The notes under the pieces: generated by a model
Databases searched by the model: none
Told to the model about the DNA's origin: nothing
Seen by the model: the letters and a program-made list of their open reading frames with translations, nothing else
Shown here: positions 1-11,919 of the stretch, one piece after another
How the letters are laid out: each line of letters starts with the position of its first letter
How positions within the stretch are numbered: the first letter of the stretch is position 1
Assembly: GCA_024679065.1 (NCBI GenBank)
Contig: JAGIQG010000013.1
Coordinates: forward strand, 12,028,001 to 12,092,000
Direction: 5' to 3'
Length of the DNA: 64,000 nt
From: Sphyrna mokarran
Lineage: Eukaryota
Made by a program: the position numbers and the translations under genes

Positions 1-321
1 GTGGATAAGGAGCAGCTGTTCCTCTTAGTTGAAGGGTCAGTCACAAAGGGACATAAGTTCAAGGTGAAGGGCAGGAATTGGGGAATTGAGGAAAAACTTT
101 TTCCCCAAGGGTGATGATAGTCTAGAATGCGCTGCCAGGGAGATAGTTGAGACAGGTTGTCTCCCGTCCTTTAAAAAGTACTTGGATGAGCACTTGGCAT
201 GTCAAGACATTCAGAGTTATCCATACACTGGTTGATGGGATCAGGTAGGTCAGGTGTTTCTCACGTGTTGATGCAGATACAATGAACCAAAGGGTCTCTT
301 GTGCACCGTGTGATTCCGTGA
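1..321 (+). mobile_element. CR1 (HER1-like) LINE 3' fragment
   Basis: Degenerate ORF2 C-terminus (gggacataagttcaaggtgaagggc...ctagaatgcgctgcc...tttaaaaagtacttggatgagcac) followed by a CR1-type tail. Confidence 0.8.
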
Positions 322-721
322 CAACTCACCAAGTGCCTTTTGGAAGTCCAAGTACACAATCAAGTATTTGATGCCTAAATACTACAAAGGCCCCAGCATC
401 AAATACATCCTCGGTTTCTAAATGGGGTGGAACAGCAATAAACAACTTGTGATTTGTTTTAATTGATCTTGTGGACAGCAATTTAGAACATTCTCATGAT
501 TGGCCTCTTAGTAAATTGCTGTTTGAGATTGTTGCACTCAAACAGTTGGAAGAAAGACTTGAACATAATTTTATCATGATTTCCAGGAAAACTTCAAAGA
601 GCTTGATGAAGCATTAATTACTCCGAAGCGCAGTTTTGTAGATAAATACAAACCCAGCCATTTGATACACCAAGGGGCTATTTAACAGGATGCATCATTT
701 TTTTTTTCCCCCTGGTGGTAT

Positions 722-1698
722 TGTTATGACTGGGATGAGAGAAGTGCACAGTTGATTTAGCCCCACTACTCCTTAGGTAACACCATTAGTTAAAAAGTTT
801 AATTCACTCACCAAAATGACCAATTATTTATCTTCACTGCTGTTAGATCCATACTAAAAGCAACTTAAAACTGGCGTCTTTCAGTAAACTCAGAATGATT
901 GATTTATTATAAAACATAAGTTATTTTTTATTACAAGTTACAAGAACTGGTACACACACAAAATGTAGTCTGGAGTTATAACTATCTATCCCTTTCTAAA
1001 GATAGCCCAGCATACGTACACATGCTTATACACACACCTACATGTACGCACGTACACGCACACACGTACATGCGTACATGTATACACACGTGCATGCACA
1101 CACATATTATGCACACACGTATGTACACACACACACAAAGGACAAACAGATTGGGTTTCTGCAGACAGGGGCTTTGGAGGGTAAACTTTGTAAAGGATAA
1201 AGTTCACAGTGTTTTAGATACTGTTGATCTGGACTTCCCTCATGCGAACCCGATAGTTGTCTGGAGGTTCTCACCAATGGTGCTTTGGCATGTAGAAGAA
1301 TATAGAGCTGGAAAAGCTCTTCTAATCTCAGCTTTTCAGGATTCCAAATGCAGACAAGTTGGGGATTCTCTGGTTGATAACCACACACAATTTTTGGCAA
1401 GACGGGGAGAGAGTGAGTTACGGCAGGCTTCCTTCTCAGTTTATTCACGACTGATTTCAAAAACCACCAGTCCAAAACTGCTTGTCTCTGTCATGTGATT
1501 TCCAGTAAATCACAGACCTTTACTACTTTATCCCCATCAAATAAATTGATTGCAGTTCAAAATAAATAAACAGCTCCTCAACCACCATGCTGATCAAGGG
1601 ATTTCTTAGAAAAGACATGGCTGTTGGCAGACCAAAGGTGAACTTATGATCTTTCTTAAAAAAAAACTCCAGGTCAGCATCCAAATGGCTCGATAATA
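722..1698 (-). mobile_element. Probable solo LTR (Gypsy-type)
   Basis: Starts TGTTAT and ends ATAATA (near-inverted termini); minus-strand AATAAA at ~903; no clear TSD. Confidence 0.45.
1011..1137. repeat. (CA)n/(CACGTA)-type alternating purine-pyrimidine microsatellite
   Basis: catacgtacacatg...acacgtacacgcacacacgtacatgcgtacatgtatacacacg...cacacaca. Confidence 0.9.
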
Positions 1699-1740
1699 AA
1701 GTGTCTTTCCATATTTTAAAAGAAAAATGCAATTTGTGAA

Positions 1741-1833
1741 GACAGAAACAGAAAATGCTGGTAAATCTCAGCAAGTCTGCAGAGAGAACAGAATAGAGCT
1801 CATGTTTCACAACTGGAGGACCCTTCATCATAG
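1741..1833 (-). mobile_element. Penelope-like element terminal (pLTR) fragment
   Basis: acagaaaatgctggtaaatctcagcaagtctg...gacccttcatca, same family as 10674-10896. Confidence 0.6.
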
Positions 1834-2004
1834 TTTGTGAAGGTATAGTTTTCGCAACAGTTTTGATTGAGGGAAATTTATTAGTCAAGTTTCTGAGAGA
1901 ATTCCTTTCTCCCCTTCAGATAATGCCATGAGGGTTTTACTGTCCATGTGAATTATGTGACAGACGGGTACACATTGGGTTAACACTTCATTCTCCCTCA
2001 GCAA

Positions 2005-2276
2005 TAAATTTGAAGTTTGTTTACTTGAGTCACAAGTAGGTAATGAAGTTACTGTGAAAAATTCCCCAGTCGCCACACTCCGGTGCCTGTTCAGGTACAC
2101 TGAAGGAAAATTTAGCATGGCCAATGCGTCTAACCACCATGCCTTTTGGATTATGGGAAGAAACTGGAGCACCTGGAGGAAACCACATAAGCACAGGGAG
2201 AACCTGCAAACTGCACACAGACTCAAGCAGGGAATCGAACCCGAGTCCCTGGCACTGTGAGGCAGCAATGCTAATC
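2005..2276 (-). mobile_element. V-SINE (HE1-like), Rex1-type tail subfamily
   Basis: B box (rc of ggaatcgaacc), V-domain (rc of ggagcacctggaggaaacc), tail rc of tcacaagtagg...ttactgtgaaaa. Confidence 0.9.
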
Positions 2277-2357
2277 AGAGAAACTCTGAGTGTCGTCCTT
2301 AATTCCTTATTCACTTTATTCAAAGTCACAAGTGCACCTAACTAACAATTTTAAAAT

Positions 2358-2415
2358 GTAAGTTTAAAGTTTATTAGTATCACAAGTAGATTTACATTAA
2401 CACTGCAATGAAATT
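2358..2415 (-). mobile_element. Isolated 3' tail of Rex1-tailed V-SINE
   Basis: gtttattagtatcacaagtagatttacattaacactgcaatgaa. Confidence 0.8.
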
Positions 2416-2417
2416 CC

Positions 2418-2486
2418 CTTAGGTCATTTGATAACACCAGCTTAGGTCATTTGATAGAACCAACTTAGGCCATTTGATAGCATCTA
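2418..2486. repeat. 23-bp tandem repeat, 3 copies
   Basis: cttaggtcatttgataacaccag / cttaggtcatttgatagaaccaa / cttaggccatttgatagcatcta, starting at 2418, 2441 and 2464. Confidence 0.9.
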
Positions 2487-2582
2487 TCGCTCTGAATGAA
2501 GAGATTGTGTGTTCTATCTCCAATCCAAAACCCAAGTACAAACTAGGCTGAAGTTGAAGTGTAGAGCTGAGAAAATGGTGCA

Positions 2583-2672
2583 TTGTGGATGCTGGAAATT
2601 GGAACAAAAATAGAAAATGATGAAAATTCTTAGCTGGTTTGGCAGCATCTTTGAAAAGGGAACAGAATTAAT
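2583..2672 (-). mobile_element. Penelope-like pLTR fragment
   Basis: tgtggatgctggaaattggaacaaaaatagaaaatg...tggcagcatct. Confidence 0.6.
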
Positions 2673-2751
2673 CGGCAGCATTTTACGTGGCCTTCGCATG
2701 TAAAAGTCAATGCCTTGTCATCAAATCCTGTTGAAACAAAACTATTAAGGG

Positions 2752-2891
2752 GAGGGGGGAGGACTTTCCACTGTTCACATTGGAGGGATTTTCCAGTCCC
2801 ACTGCAGTGAAAGGAGATTTGGCTGAGAGCCAAATCCACTGCCCTCGCTTGTAGAACCTGTGAGACTTGAAGTGAGGGAAAATTCTGGCCC
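2752..2891. mobile_element. Short non-autonomous TIR element (MITE; PIF/Harbinger-like, inferred)
   Basis: Imperfect inverted ends ggggaggactttcc ... ggaaaattctggccc. Confidence 0.4.
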
Positions 2892-2919
2892 ATGTCTCTG
2901 GGCCCTGATAGTTCAGGAA

Positions 2920-3130
2920 AATATCAAAATACAATATTCAAAGGAATTGTGGGAGACACTTTCAGTGCCTTGGCCAATATTCCTTGTTCAGCCTTCAGTT
3001 CTAAAGATTCGTCATCCATCTTGTTATTTGTAGAAGCTTGCTGTGTGCAAACAGCAGGACACTAGTAGCTACTGCATTTCAGCGTAGTTCATTACATGCG
3101 AAGTGAATTAAGTGATATAATATGGAGTCA
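2920..3130 (+). mobile_element. DeuSINE (SacSINE1/AmnSINE1-like) 3' relic
   Basis: ccttggccaatattc...tttgtagaagcttgctgtgtgcaaa...gctactgcatttcag resembles the Deu domain and tail. Confidence 0.5.
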
Positions 3131-3857
3131 TATATGTAATAGAGGAGAGGAGAGAAGTTCCAGCATTAATAAATGCCCTGATGATAAAAAGCCTTGCTCT
3201 CCTAGGCCGTGTTTGATTAGTTATAGCATGATCAAATTTCCCACAGTTGCCTTATTATTGTGAATCAGTTCAGTCTATTGGCTCCATTTCCCCACACTCT
3301 CCTGTTGTGCAGCCTGTATCCCGCCTCTGGATTCACCTTGGGGGTTTTCTGAGTGTTGGATCATTGCTTTATCAGAATAGCTTGCTAAACATGTTCGTAC
3401 TCCAGTCCATTTGCCTAGTTTTTAATGTCACTTACGGAACTGGGCAGTGATACTGCAGCTTATGTTTCATGAGATGTGCATCAAGGGAAAGAAAATCACG
3501 TTAAAAGAGACACACTGTTGGTTTGGTGCTGCCTGCGAGCCAGTGTGAGCTATGGAGGGGAAATTATATAATTGTGACTCTGCATGCTGCCAAACAACCT
3601 TTGAATCCTAACCAGGAGCAATATAAAGATAAATCCATTTTCAAATACTTCAGCTCATGATTTGGTCAAATAAAAGTAGATCAAACTAGTGGGCAGTTGC
3701 TGAATTCCATAACAAGATGCTATGCTCCAAATCCTATTTGACTTAGTAGCAGCATAGAATCTTTCTTAAGGAACTTGAGGACATGCTCTGAATCATAGAA
3801 TCTATGTCAGGGGCATGTTTTTAAGGCAGTATGATACACCCACACTTATACCATGCT

Positions 3858-4179
3858 CATTGAATTCCACAGTGCAGAAGGAGGCTATTTGACCCGGTTG
3901 AGTCTGCATTAATGATAATTCCACCCAGACCCTATAACTCTACATATTTACCATGCTAACGTACACATCCCAGGACACTAAGGGCAATTTAACATGCCCA
4001 ATCAACCTAACCCTGCTCACCTTTGGACTGTGGGAGGAAACTGGAGCACCCAGAAGTAACCCACGCAGACCTGAGGAGAATGTGTAAACTTCACACAGAC
4101 AGTGACCCAAACTGGGAATTAAACCCAGGTCCCTGGAGATGTTAGGCAGCAGTGCTAACCATGGTGCCACCATGCCACC
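3858..4179 (-). mobile_element. V-SINE HE1-like, CR1-type tail, full length
   Basis: rc reads ggtggcatggtggcaccatggttagcactgctgcc...V-domain...cctccttctgcactgtggaattc. Confidence 0.9.
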
Positions 4180-4644
4180 TGTTAGGGCCTGAGGGTCTAG
4201 TAATCCAGCAGTAACATAATACTAATGATTTTGAGGGAATGAAGGCATTGGGGGTGATTCTTCTGACCCGCTACACTACTCGAGCAGCACAGTGAGCTGG
4301 GAGACATCAGTGGGATTCACACTGGGTGCCATGGCCTCTGTGATTACCATGTGGAAATTGGAATTTCCTTATGGGGAGCCGTATGGACTCTGGCTAATCA
4401 TCCACCTCATCTTTGCTTGATGATTCTGACTAAAACACGAGTATGGGCTTTGTACAAGTACAGCAGTGGGCTTGATTTTTTTTTATGGCTGGCTAACAAG
4501 ATCTAGCCCAAGCACAATGAAGATGCCATCAGGTTAAAATTCAACTCGGGTGGGACCTTCAGATCATCCATATTCCCACTAATGGTAAAAGATGTTTGAG
4601 GGGCTGAGTGGCCAAGTCCTGTTTTGATATTCCTTTGCTACGAT

Positions 4645-5050
4645 AGGCTAATTTTAACGCTCCCTTGTTGGCAGGTTTGAAGGTGCATTGTATCTCGTGC
4701 ATGGCCTGCCCACCATCTATCTGCATGTCCTTGTCCCCACCACTTTGCTGGTGGCGATCAAGTTGCCAGCTGCCCCATCTGCTAGTGAGCCAATTGAGGC
4801 CCTTAAGTGGGAAATGAATGCCAAAATAAGGGTCTCATACCACCGCTACAGGGATTAAACCAGTGAATGAAGAGTCCATGCCAGGCAAGCAGCTGGGCAT
4901 GTTACCCTGCACAGGTTGGTAGTGGGCAGATGGGTTCTCCCACATTAATTGGTTTCCTGAGCCCACAAAGAGTCCTCCCCAAGGTCTCACCCACAGGTTC
5001 TCCTCTCACCCATGGCCTCTTAAATCCAGATCTCCAGTTCCCTCCATGAC
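4645..5050. mobile_element. Degenerate non-autonomous DNA element
   Basis: Terminus aggctaattttaac; internal caattgaggcccttaagtggg recurs inverted at ~27765. Confidence 0.35.
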
Positions 5051-6019
5051 ATTGTTGATCTTGGTAGTTAAGGTTGTGAGTTTACAAGTTACTCGAAGGG
5101 ACCTTTGCTCATTTCCAGAAGTACATCCCGTAGAATGTACACAATGAAATGTTTTGAGAGGAAAATGGCAATGTGTACAGTGGGCATCCAATCCCATACT
5201 GCCTGTTTCACATCTTGATCGATGCTAAATTTCATCCTCCATGTGTGTCTGCTCCGTTAGCACACATTCACAAGGGTAATTAGGAATGGGCTTAGCCAGC
5301 GATGTCCACATCAGGGGAAGAGACAGAAAAAAAAGTGAAGAATCAAGGCAGTGGGTTATAATGTTGGATTGTAGTGCGATATTGGACGTGTTCATGATTT
5401 AAGTATTAGGGCACATTCTTGGTGGTTCCGAACTGTTCTCAACACAGCTTAATCCCATCTCAGAATTGAAATTCTGCTCTAAAGTCAAGCCTGGCGTAGA
5501 GGAAAATTGTGAAAGGCAAGCTTATTTGTCAGATTGTTTTTTTTAATCAGCTGGGAAATTGACCTTGTTCCATGAAGTGCATTGATCAGCGTGGAGTCAT
5601 GGTTGTGATGAGCTCCACATGTTCAGAACCATTTCATTGCCCTGGCTGATAAGGACATTCTGAGTAACAATATTATTTTGTGCCTACAATGGTTATTTAT
5701 TTTTCTGCTTTTAACAGCAGCTCTGCATTTTCAAACAGCTCTATTTACTCACTTCCCCACTGTCTCTCACCTGTTTCCCAGCTGCCCCATGTTCCCGGGC
5801 AGGCGCGAATATTTAGTACAATCTTGCTGCTCACAGCGCTTCATTATACATAAAGGCAAGATTCTTGGATTCTGACTGAAAATCTCCCAACAACACCTCC
5901 TGCAAGAATTCAAAATATTATTGTTTAAACAGAGCTTCCAAAATAAATTCTCTTCAGAATCATTGGCCAACTACAAGCATGAAAGACACCAAGGATTTTT
6001 TAAAAGTGCAATCACATAG

Positions 6020-6585
6020 AGGAAGCGATGGCTTCAAGATATTGACTATTAATCCAGGATCTCAGCTAATGTTCTGGGGACATGAGTTCGAATCCCACCA
6101 TGGAAGATGGTGAAATTTGAATTCAATCTGGAATTAATAATCTACTGATGACCATGAAACCAGAGGGTGGTGAGTGAATGGAATCGGCTGCCGTCGGTGG
6201 TGGCAGAGGCGAACTCGCTGGGTCTTTTAAAAGACTTCTGGATGAGTATATGGGAACTAATGGGATAGGGGGTTATAGATAGGTCTATGGCTTGGTAGGT
6301 ATAGATGTGATTGGCGCAACTCGTGGGCCGAAGGGCCTGTTTGTGCTGTAGTGTTCTATGTTCTATGTGCTATGTTCTATGAAACAGTTATTGGAAAACA
6401 TAATCTGGTTCACTAATGGAACTAGAACTTTAAGGAAGGAAATTTACCATGTTTACCTGGTCTGGCCTACATGTGACTGCAGAGCCACAGCAATGCAGTT
6501 GATTCTCAACTGCCCTTGAGCAACGAGGGATGGGCAATAAATGCTGGCCAGCCAGTGACATCCGTGAATGAATGAATAAAAAAAA
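6020..6585 (+). mobile_element. tRNA-derived SINE family B, interrupted by CR1
   Basis: B box gagttcgaatccc; body gatggtgaaatttgaattcaa...tctggttcactaatg; tail gggatgggcaataaatgctggcc...gaatgaatgaataaaa. Confidence 0.85.
6161..6380 (+). mobile_element. Young CR1 3' fragment inserted into SINE B
   Basis: cagagggtggtgagtgaatggaatcggctgcc...(gttctat)n, flanked by atgaaac on both sides. Confidence 0.9.
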
Positions 6586-6726
6586 GTAATGACACATTCC
6601 TTATGACATAACACCCCTAAAGTTAGCAGTGACACAAAACATTCCCATTTTTTTCCTCGGAAATGTTATTATTTGATAGCTATCCCTTCTTTCTCAGACA
6701 GACACACGATGCATGGTAGTTTATTT

Positions 6727-7040
6727 TTGATTTGGTTCAATTTATCATTGTCACATATATAAACATACAGTGAAAAGTATTGTTTCTTGCGTGCTATACA
6801 GACAAAACATACAGTTCATAGAAGAGGAAATGAGAGACTGCAGAATGTAGTGTTACAGTCATAGTTAGGGTGTAAAGAAAGATCAACTTAATGCAAGGTA
6901 ATTCCTTTCAAAAATCTGATGGCAGCAGGAAAGAAGCAGTTCTTGAGTTGGTGTGTGTCCTCAGACTTTTGCATCTTTTTCCCGACAGAAGAAGGTGGAA
7001 GAGAGATGTCTGGGGTAAGTGTGGTCCTTAATTATGCTGG
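6727..7040 (-). mobile_element. Rex1/Babar LINE 3' fragment
   Basis: rc matches the 3' end of the plus-strand Rex1 copies (ccaactcaagaactgcttctttcctgctgccatcaga...ttttcactgta...tgtgacaat). Confidence 0.85.
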
Positions 7041-7984
7041 CACGGTTACTGAAGGATCACTTACTGCCCCCATCCCCTCACCACCCTCCTCCCCAAGCTC
7101 CAATCAAAGCTTTGGCTAAGTAAGTTTGATGGTACTGGCTGAGACATTCAGCTTAGGCCTTGTCTGCTTATTTTAGTGGTTCACATGGATGTTAAATAAT
7201 TCTTGGCACCTCTGGGAGAGCAAGGAATTCATCCAGTACCTGAACCAACATTCCTTCCCTTAACCAACATCCACTGAGAAACAGAATGTCTGCTCCTTCA
7301 TCTTATCTTGTGGCCAATGGACAATTGATGTATTAACTTATAAAAAGGTCACTGCTCTTCAAAAAAGAAATTTACCGTCCGATGCATTGAGATGTTTTGA
7401 CATGAGAAGGTGCTCTCCAAACTCAAACACTTTTTTTTAACAGCAACAGGAAATCTTGATTTGGACAGAAGGCTGGAAATGGTAAGGATATTAATTCTGC
7501 TTTGTGCTTGGTTTTTGTAAGTTGGTTTCCTCTTGGCGTTGTGGAAGTTGGAAAGCATGCTCAGGACAGGAGAATTGGCGAGACAACAAGTTACATAAAA
7601 CACTTGAAAATGATGGGCGGGATATATTGGACAATGCATCAATCTTGTCCCACACTCTTAGCGATTGAGACATCAAGGTTAGCTACTTTTTTCCAATCTG
7701 TAGCCATGTCATCTTCAGGAGGGCAAACAGAGAAAAATGCACAATTAAAAAGGAGAAAATGCTTAGGAAAATTCCTCTCTGATCCCTTATAGTTATAAAG
7801 CCCAATTCTCCCCCAAAAATTGTAGGTGCTGAATTCACGGAAAACTGGTGTAAATCACAATTGCTTTTTCAGTGGGAGTTCAGACTTGAATTCCCCCACA
7901 CTGTGCACTGCAGAGATCACAATTGTGAATATCATTAAAAACTCAGGGGGTGGGGCATATTCACACTGAGTCTGACAGTTCCAC

Positions 7985-8130
7985 TAGCATCTTGATAAAT
8001 CTTTTCTGCACTCTTTCTAGTTTAATAATATCTTTCTATAATAGGGTGACCAGAACTGTGCACAGAATTCCAAGTGTGGCCTTATCAATGTCTTGTACAA
8101 CTTTAACAAGACATCCCAACTCCTATATTC
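7985..8130 (-). mobile_element. CR1 RT fragment
   Basis: rc encodes LYKTLIRPHLEFCAQFWSPYYRKD. Confidence 0.8.
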
Positions 8131-8489
8131 AGGCAATTGAAACAATTTCTGGAGATCACATGGACAAATTCTCTTTGGTATTGTTGGCTTGTTGCCCTTG
8201 AGAAGATGGTGGTGAGCTCCTTCCGGAACAGATGCAGTCTGTAGTGTAGGTACATAGGAAGTTCATGAAAGAGTTCCAGGATTTTGACTCAGTGATAGAA
8301 GAGGAACGGCGACATATTTCCAAGTCAGGATGGAAGTAGCTTAATGGGAATTTCCAGGTGGTCTGCTGCCCTTGTCCTAGATGGTAGAAGTTGTGGGTTT
8401 GGAAAGTGGTATTCAAGGCATCTTTGTGAGTTGTTGCTGTGCATCATGTAGATGGTACAGACTGCTGCCACTGTGTGTTAGTGCTTTAT

Positions 8490-8845
8490 TAATTATTCAT
8501 TTACAAAATGTGTGTGTTGCTGATTAGGCCAACATTTATTGCCCAAGCTTAATTGCTTTCCACTGAACAACTTGTTACGCCATTTCAGAGGGCATTTAAT
8601 AATCAATCACAATGCTGTGGATCTGGTGTCACATCTCAGTTAGGATGGCAAATTTCCTTCCATAAAAGACATTAATGAACCAGTTGGATTTTTATGATAA
8701 TCGACAATATTTCATAGTCATCATTAATTCTTTTGGTATTGAATTCAAATTTCATCATCTGCTGTGGTGGGATTCAAACTTTGATCCCCAAAACATTGCC
8801 TGGGTCTCTGGATTACTAGTCCAGTGACAATGTTAATAATATACC
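8490..8845 (-). mobile_element. SINE family B
   Basis: rc of the 6020 family (ggccaacatttattgccc...gaattcaaatttcatcatctgctgtggtgggattcaaac). Confidence 0.85.
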
Positions 8846-10324
8846 GGGCGTGAATGTTTGAGATAGTGCACAGGGTGCCAAGCAAATGGATTGATTTTTC
8901 CTGCAATGTACTGAACTTCTTGGGTGTTGTTGGAGCTGCACTCTGCCAAGTGGAGAATATCCATCAAATATCAATCAAAATTCTTACTTGTGTCTTGTAG
9001 ATGGTGGACGGGCTTTGGGAGTCAGGAGGTGAGTTACTTGCTGCAGCGTTCTTTGTCTCTGACCTGCTTTTGTACAGTGTTTGTGTAGATAGTCTAGTTC
9101 AGCTTCTGGCCAATGGAAGGATTCGGTGATGGTAATGCCATTGAATGACAAGAAGCAATGGTTAGATTCTCTTTCATTGGAGATAGTCATTGCCCAGCAC
9201 TTTTGAAAATATGACTATTGCTTGTCACTTATCATCCCAAGCCTGAATGCTGTCTAGGTTTTGATGCAACCATGGGCTGCTTCAATATTTGAGCAGTTGT
9301 GACTTGTACTGAATGTTGTGCAGTCATCAGCTAACATCACCACTCCTGGTGATGGAATGAAAGTCATTGATGAAACAGCTGAAGACGGTTGGGCCTATAC
9401 ATTATCCTGAGGAACAGATGCTGTTATATCATGGGACTGAGTAATTGACCTCCACATTCACAATCATCTTCCTTTGTGGCAGGTATGAATCCAATCAGCA
9501 GAGAGGTTTCCTCCTGATTCATATTAACTTTTGCTAAAGCTCCTTGCTGCCATACAAGATCAACATGACGGTCATTCTCACCTCATCTTTTCAGTTGTTC
9601 TTTTGTCAATGTTTGAACCAAGGCTGTAATGAAGTCAGGAGTTGTGTGGCTTTGGCAAAACCCAAACTGAGTGTCACTGAGGAGGTAATTGCTGAGAAGG
9701 TGCAGGTCCTGCTTGCCAGCACTGTCAATGATACTTTCCATCTCTTGGCTGGTAATCGAGAGGATTCTGATGGAATGGTAATGAGGACAGGACATACCCG
9801 GTTAATTTTCCATGTTGCTTAGTAGAAAACTGTGCTATAGCTGTATTGGAACAACTTAATTAGGGGTACAGTCTTCTGTACTATTGCTATAATATCATCA
9901 ATTTAATTGCTTAATTATGTACCACCATTCAACACTGAATGTGAAAGACTGCAGAGCTTAGATCCTTTAGTTGTTGAATCACTTACTTCTAACTCCTGCG
10001 TGCTGTTTCTGCTGTAAGTAGTCCTGTGCTGTAACTTGACAAGGTTGGCACCTTATTTTATGTATGGCTGGTGATTCTGACATATCCTCCTGAATTCTTC
10101 ACTGAACTGGGTGAATCACCTGGCTTGACGGTAATTGTAGAAATTACAGATTGTGATTGAATTCAATTCTGCTGCTGAAGATGGCTCACAACATCTCATG
10201 GATGCCCAATTTTGAATTGCTGGACCTTTTTTAAAATCTATCTCAGTTAACATGATGCTAGTGCCAGACCTGCATGATGCAGAGTATTCTTAAAGTGAAG
10301 ACAGGACTTTATACGGTTCAAAGT

Positions 10325-10537
10325 GAAATACTGAGGATACTGGAAATCTGAGATAAGAACAGAAAATATTTGAAACACCTCGCAGGTCTGGCAGTGCTTT
10401 TGGAGAGAGAAAAGGAGTTAACCTTCTGGATTGGAAAGATGTGTAAAATCATCATTTTGACCTGAAACGTTAACTCTATTCCCCTCCACCGATGCTGCCA
10501 GATCTGCTGAGTTTATTCAGCATTTTCTGTTATTTTC
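10325..10537. mobile_element. Penelope-derived palindromic element
   Basis: acagaaaat...gcaggtctggcag is inverted relative to ctgccagatctgctgag...cattttctgt. Confidence 0.7.
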
Positions 10538-10673
10538 GGACTGTGAGGTTGTAATTCCTACAACAACTGGATTGGTGAGGTTAAGATGAAGTAGCTTTTT
10601 CATTCTTGTTGTTTCCCTCACTGTTTGTCGTGGACCCAGTCTAGCAGCTTGGCCGACTCAGTCAGCAGTGGAT

Positions 10674-10896
10674 AAAAGCAAATGACTGCAGATGCTGGAA
10701 TCTGAGACCAAAAGAGAAAACGCTGAATAATCTCAGCAGGTCTGGCAGCATCTGTACAGAGAGAAAAGAGCTGACGTTTCGAATCCAGATGACCCTTTGT
10801 CAGAGCTCATCTGGGCTCGAAATGTAAGCTCTTTTCTCTCCGTGCCAATGCTGCCAGACTTGCTGAGATTTTCCAGCATTTTCTCTTTTGGTTTCA
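10674..10896. mobile_element. Penelope-derived palindromic element with decayed hammerhead motif
   Basis: Arms of ~95 bp: ccaaaagagaaaacgctg...ctgacgtttcgaatccagatga versus tcatctgggctcgaaatgtaagc...cagcattttctcttttgg; flanked by tcagcagtg/tcagtagtg (possible TSD). Confidence 0.8.
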
Positions 10897-11919
10897 CTCA
10901 GTAGTGACATGCCCGAGCTGCCTTTGGTGATGGACATTGATGTCCTCACCCAAGTGTGTTCTGTGCCTTTGTTAGCCTCAGTGCTTCTACCAACCAACAT
11001 TCAACATGGAGGACTACTCATTCATCTCCTGAGGCGGTACTGGATAGATGGAATCAGTAGGAGATTTTTTTCACCTACATTTCACAATTGTTGGTGCCTT
11101 CATTTGAAATAGGCAAATGCCTCAGTGAAAGTATCAAATAGAAGAACTTCATGTCAATGTGTTCTTGGCCACGCACCATTCCACAAGCCTGAATTCAAGT
11201 TATTAAGGTGAAACTGAACTGGAAGTAAAAGAATGGGGAGAATATAATCAACTGAAAAAAATGTGTGGCATTGGAAACAGATAGTAATGCCCTGAGTAAA
11301 TGATGGGACAAGGTTTCCAAAATTGTCATACAGGCTTTTAGGCAAGAAAGTATTATTTAAATAATACATTATCTTATTTGGAATAAGTTTAGCAGAATAT
11401 TTAATCATTGCAGTGTTGAACATTTTATATGGAATGTTTCAGTGATTTCCAATTCAGGGCGTAGCATTTTTACGTTATTAGTTATGGTCAGCTGTACAGC
11501 TGTTTGCTTTTGTTTCTTGGTTAACAAACTAGTTTAGCTGTTCTAATTTGAGACCGGATATCTGCACAATCACTAGCATACAGGCTAAAGTAAGTGTTAC
11601 ACCAGAAGCAAAGTAAGTTGTACATCCTGTCCTATTTGGTTACTGGCACAAGTATTACATGGGCCAAGTAGTGACAGTTTGGGCTGAAAAGAAATGTATG
11701 CGTTTCAAACAAGACGCTGTCTTATATCTCTCAGGATTATCTTAAAGTGCATATGGAATCATCGAATGGGTACAGCACCGTAGGGGGCCATTCAGCCCAT
11801 CATATCTCAGTGCTGGCTCTCTGCAAAATCCTATTTCCCTGTTCTTTCCCCATAGTCCTGCAACCACATATTTGCCTTCAAGTAACTACAAGTATAGATT
11901 AATATATTAATATGATAGT

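Larger units (their letters stand above)
8160..11085 (-). mobile_element. Second CR1-group LINE family (LINE B), long decayed ORF2, split by SINE B and two Penelope repeats
   Basis: ORF 9583-9795 LLSDTQFGFCQSH (RT QFGF motif); ORF 8984-9190 NGITITES...QQVTHLLTP; 3' end shared with SINE B. Confidence 0.8.

Noticed and set aside
986-1498. Long ORFs (158 aa on plus; 73 and 122 aa on minus)
   Set aside because: Largely products of the CA/CACGTA microsatellite and LTR-like sequence; no domain recognised.
2418-2486. CRISPR-like repeat array
   Set aside because: Contiguous 23-bp tandem units with no unique spacers, no cas genes, and a vertebrate context.
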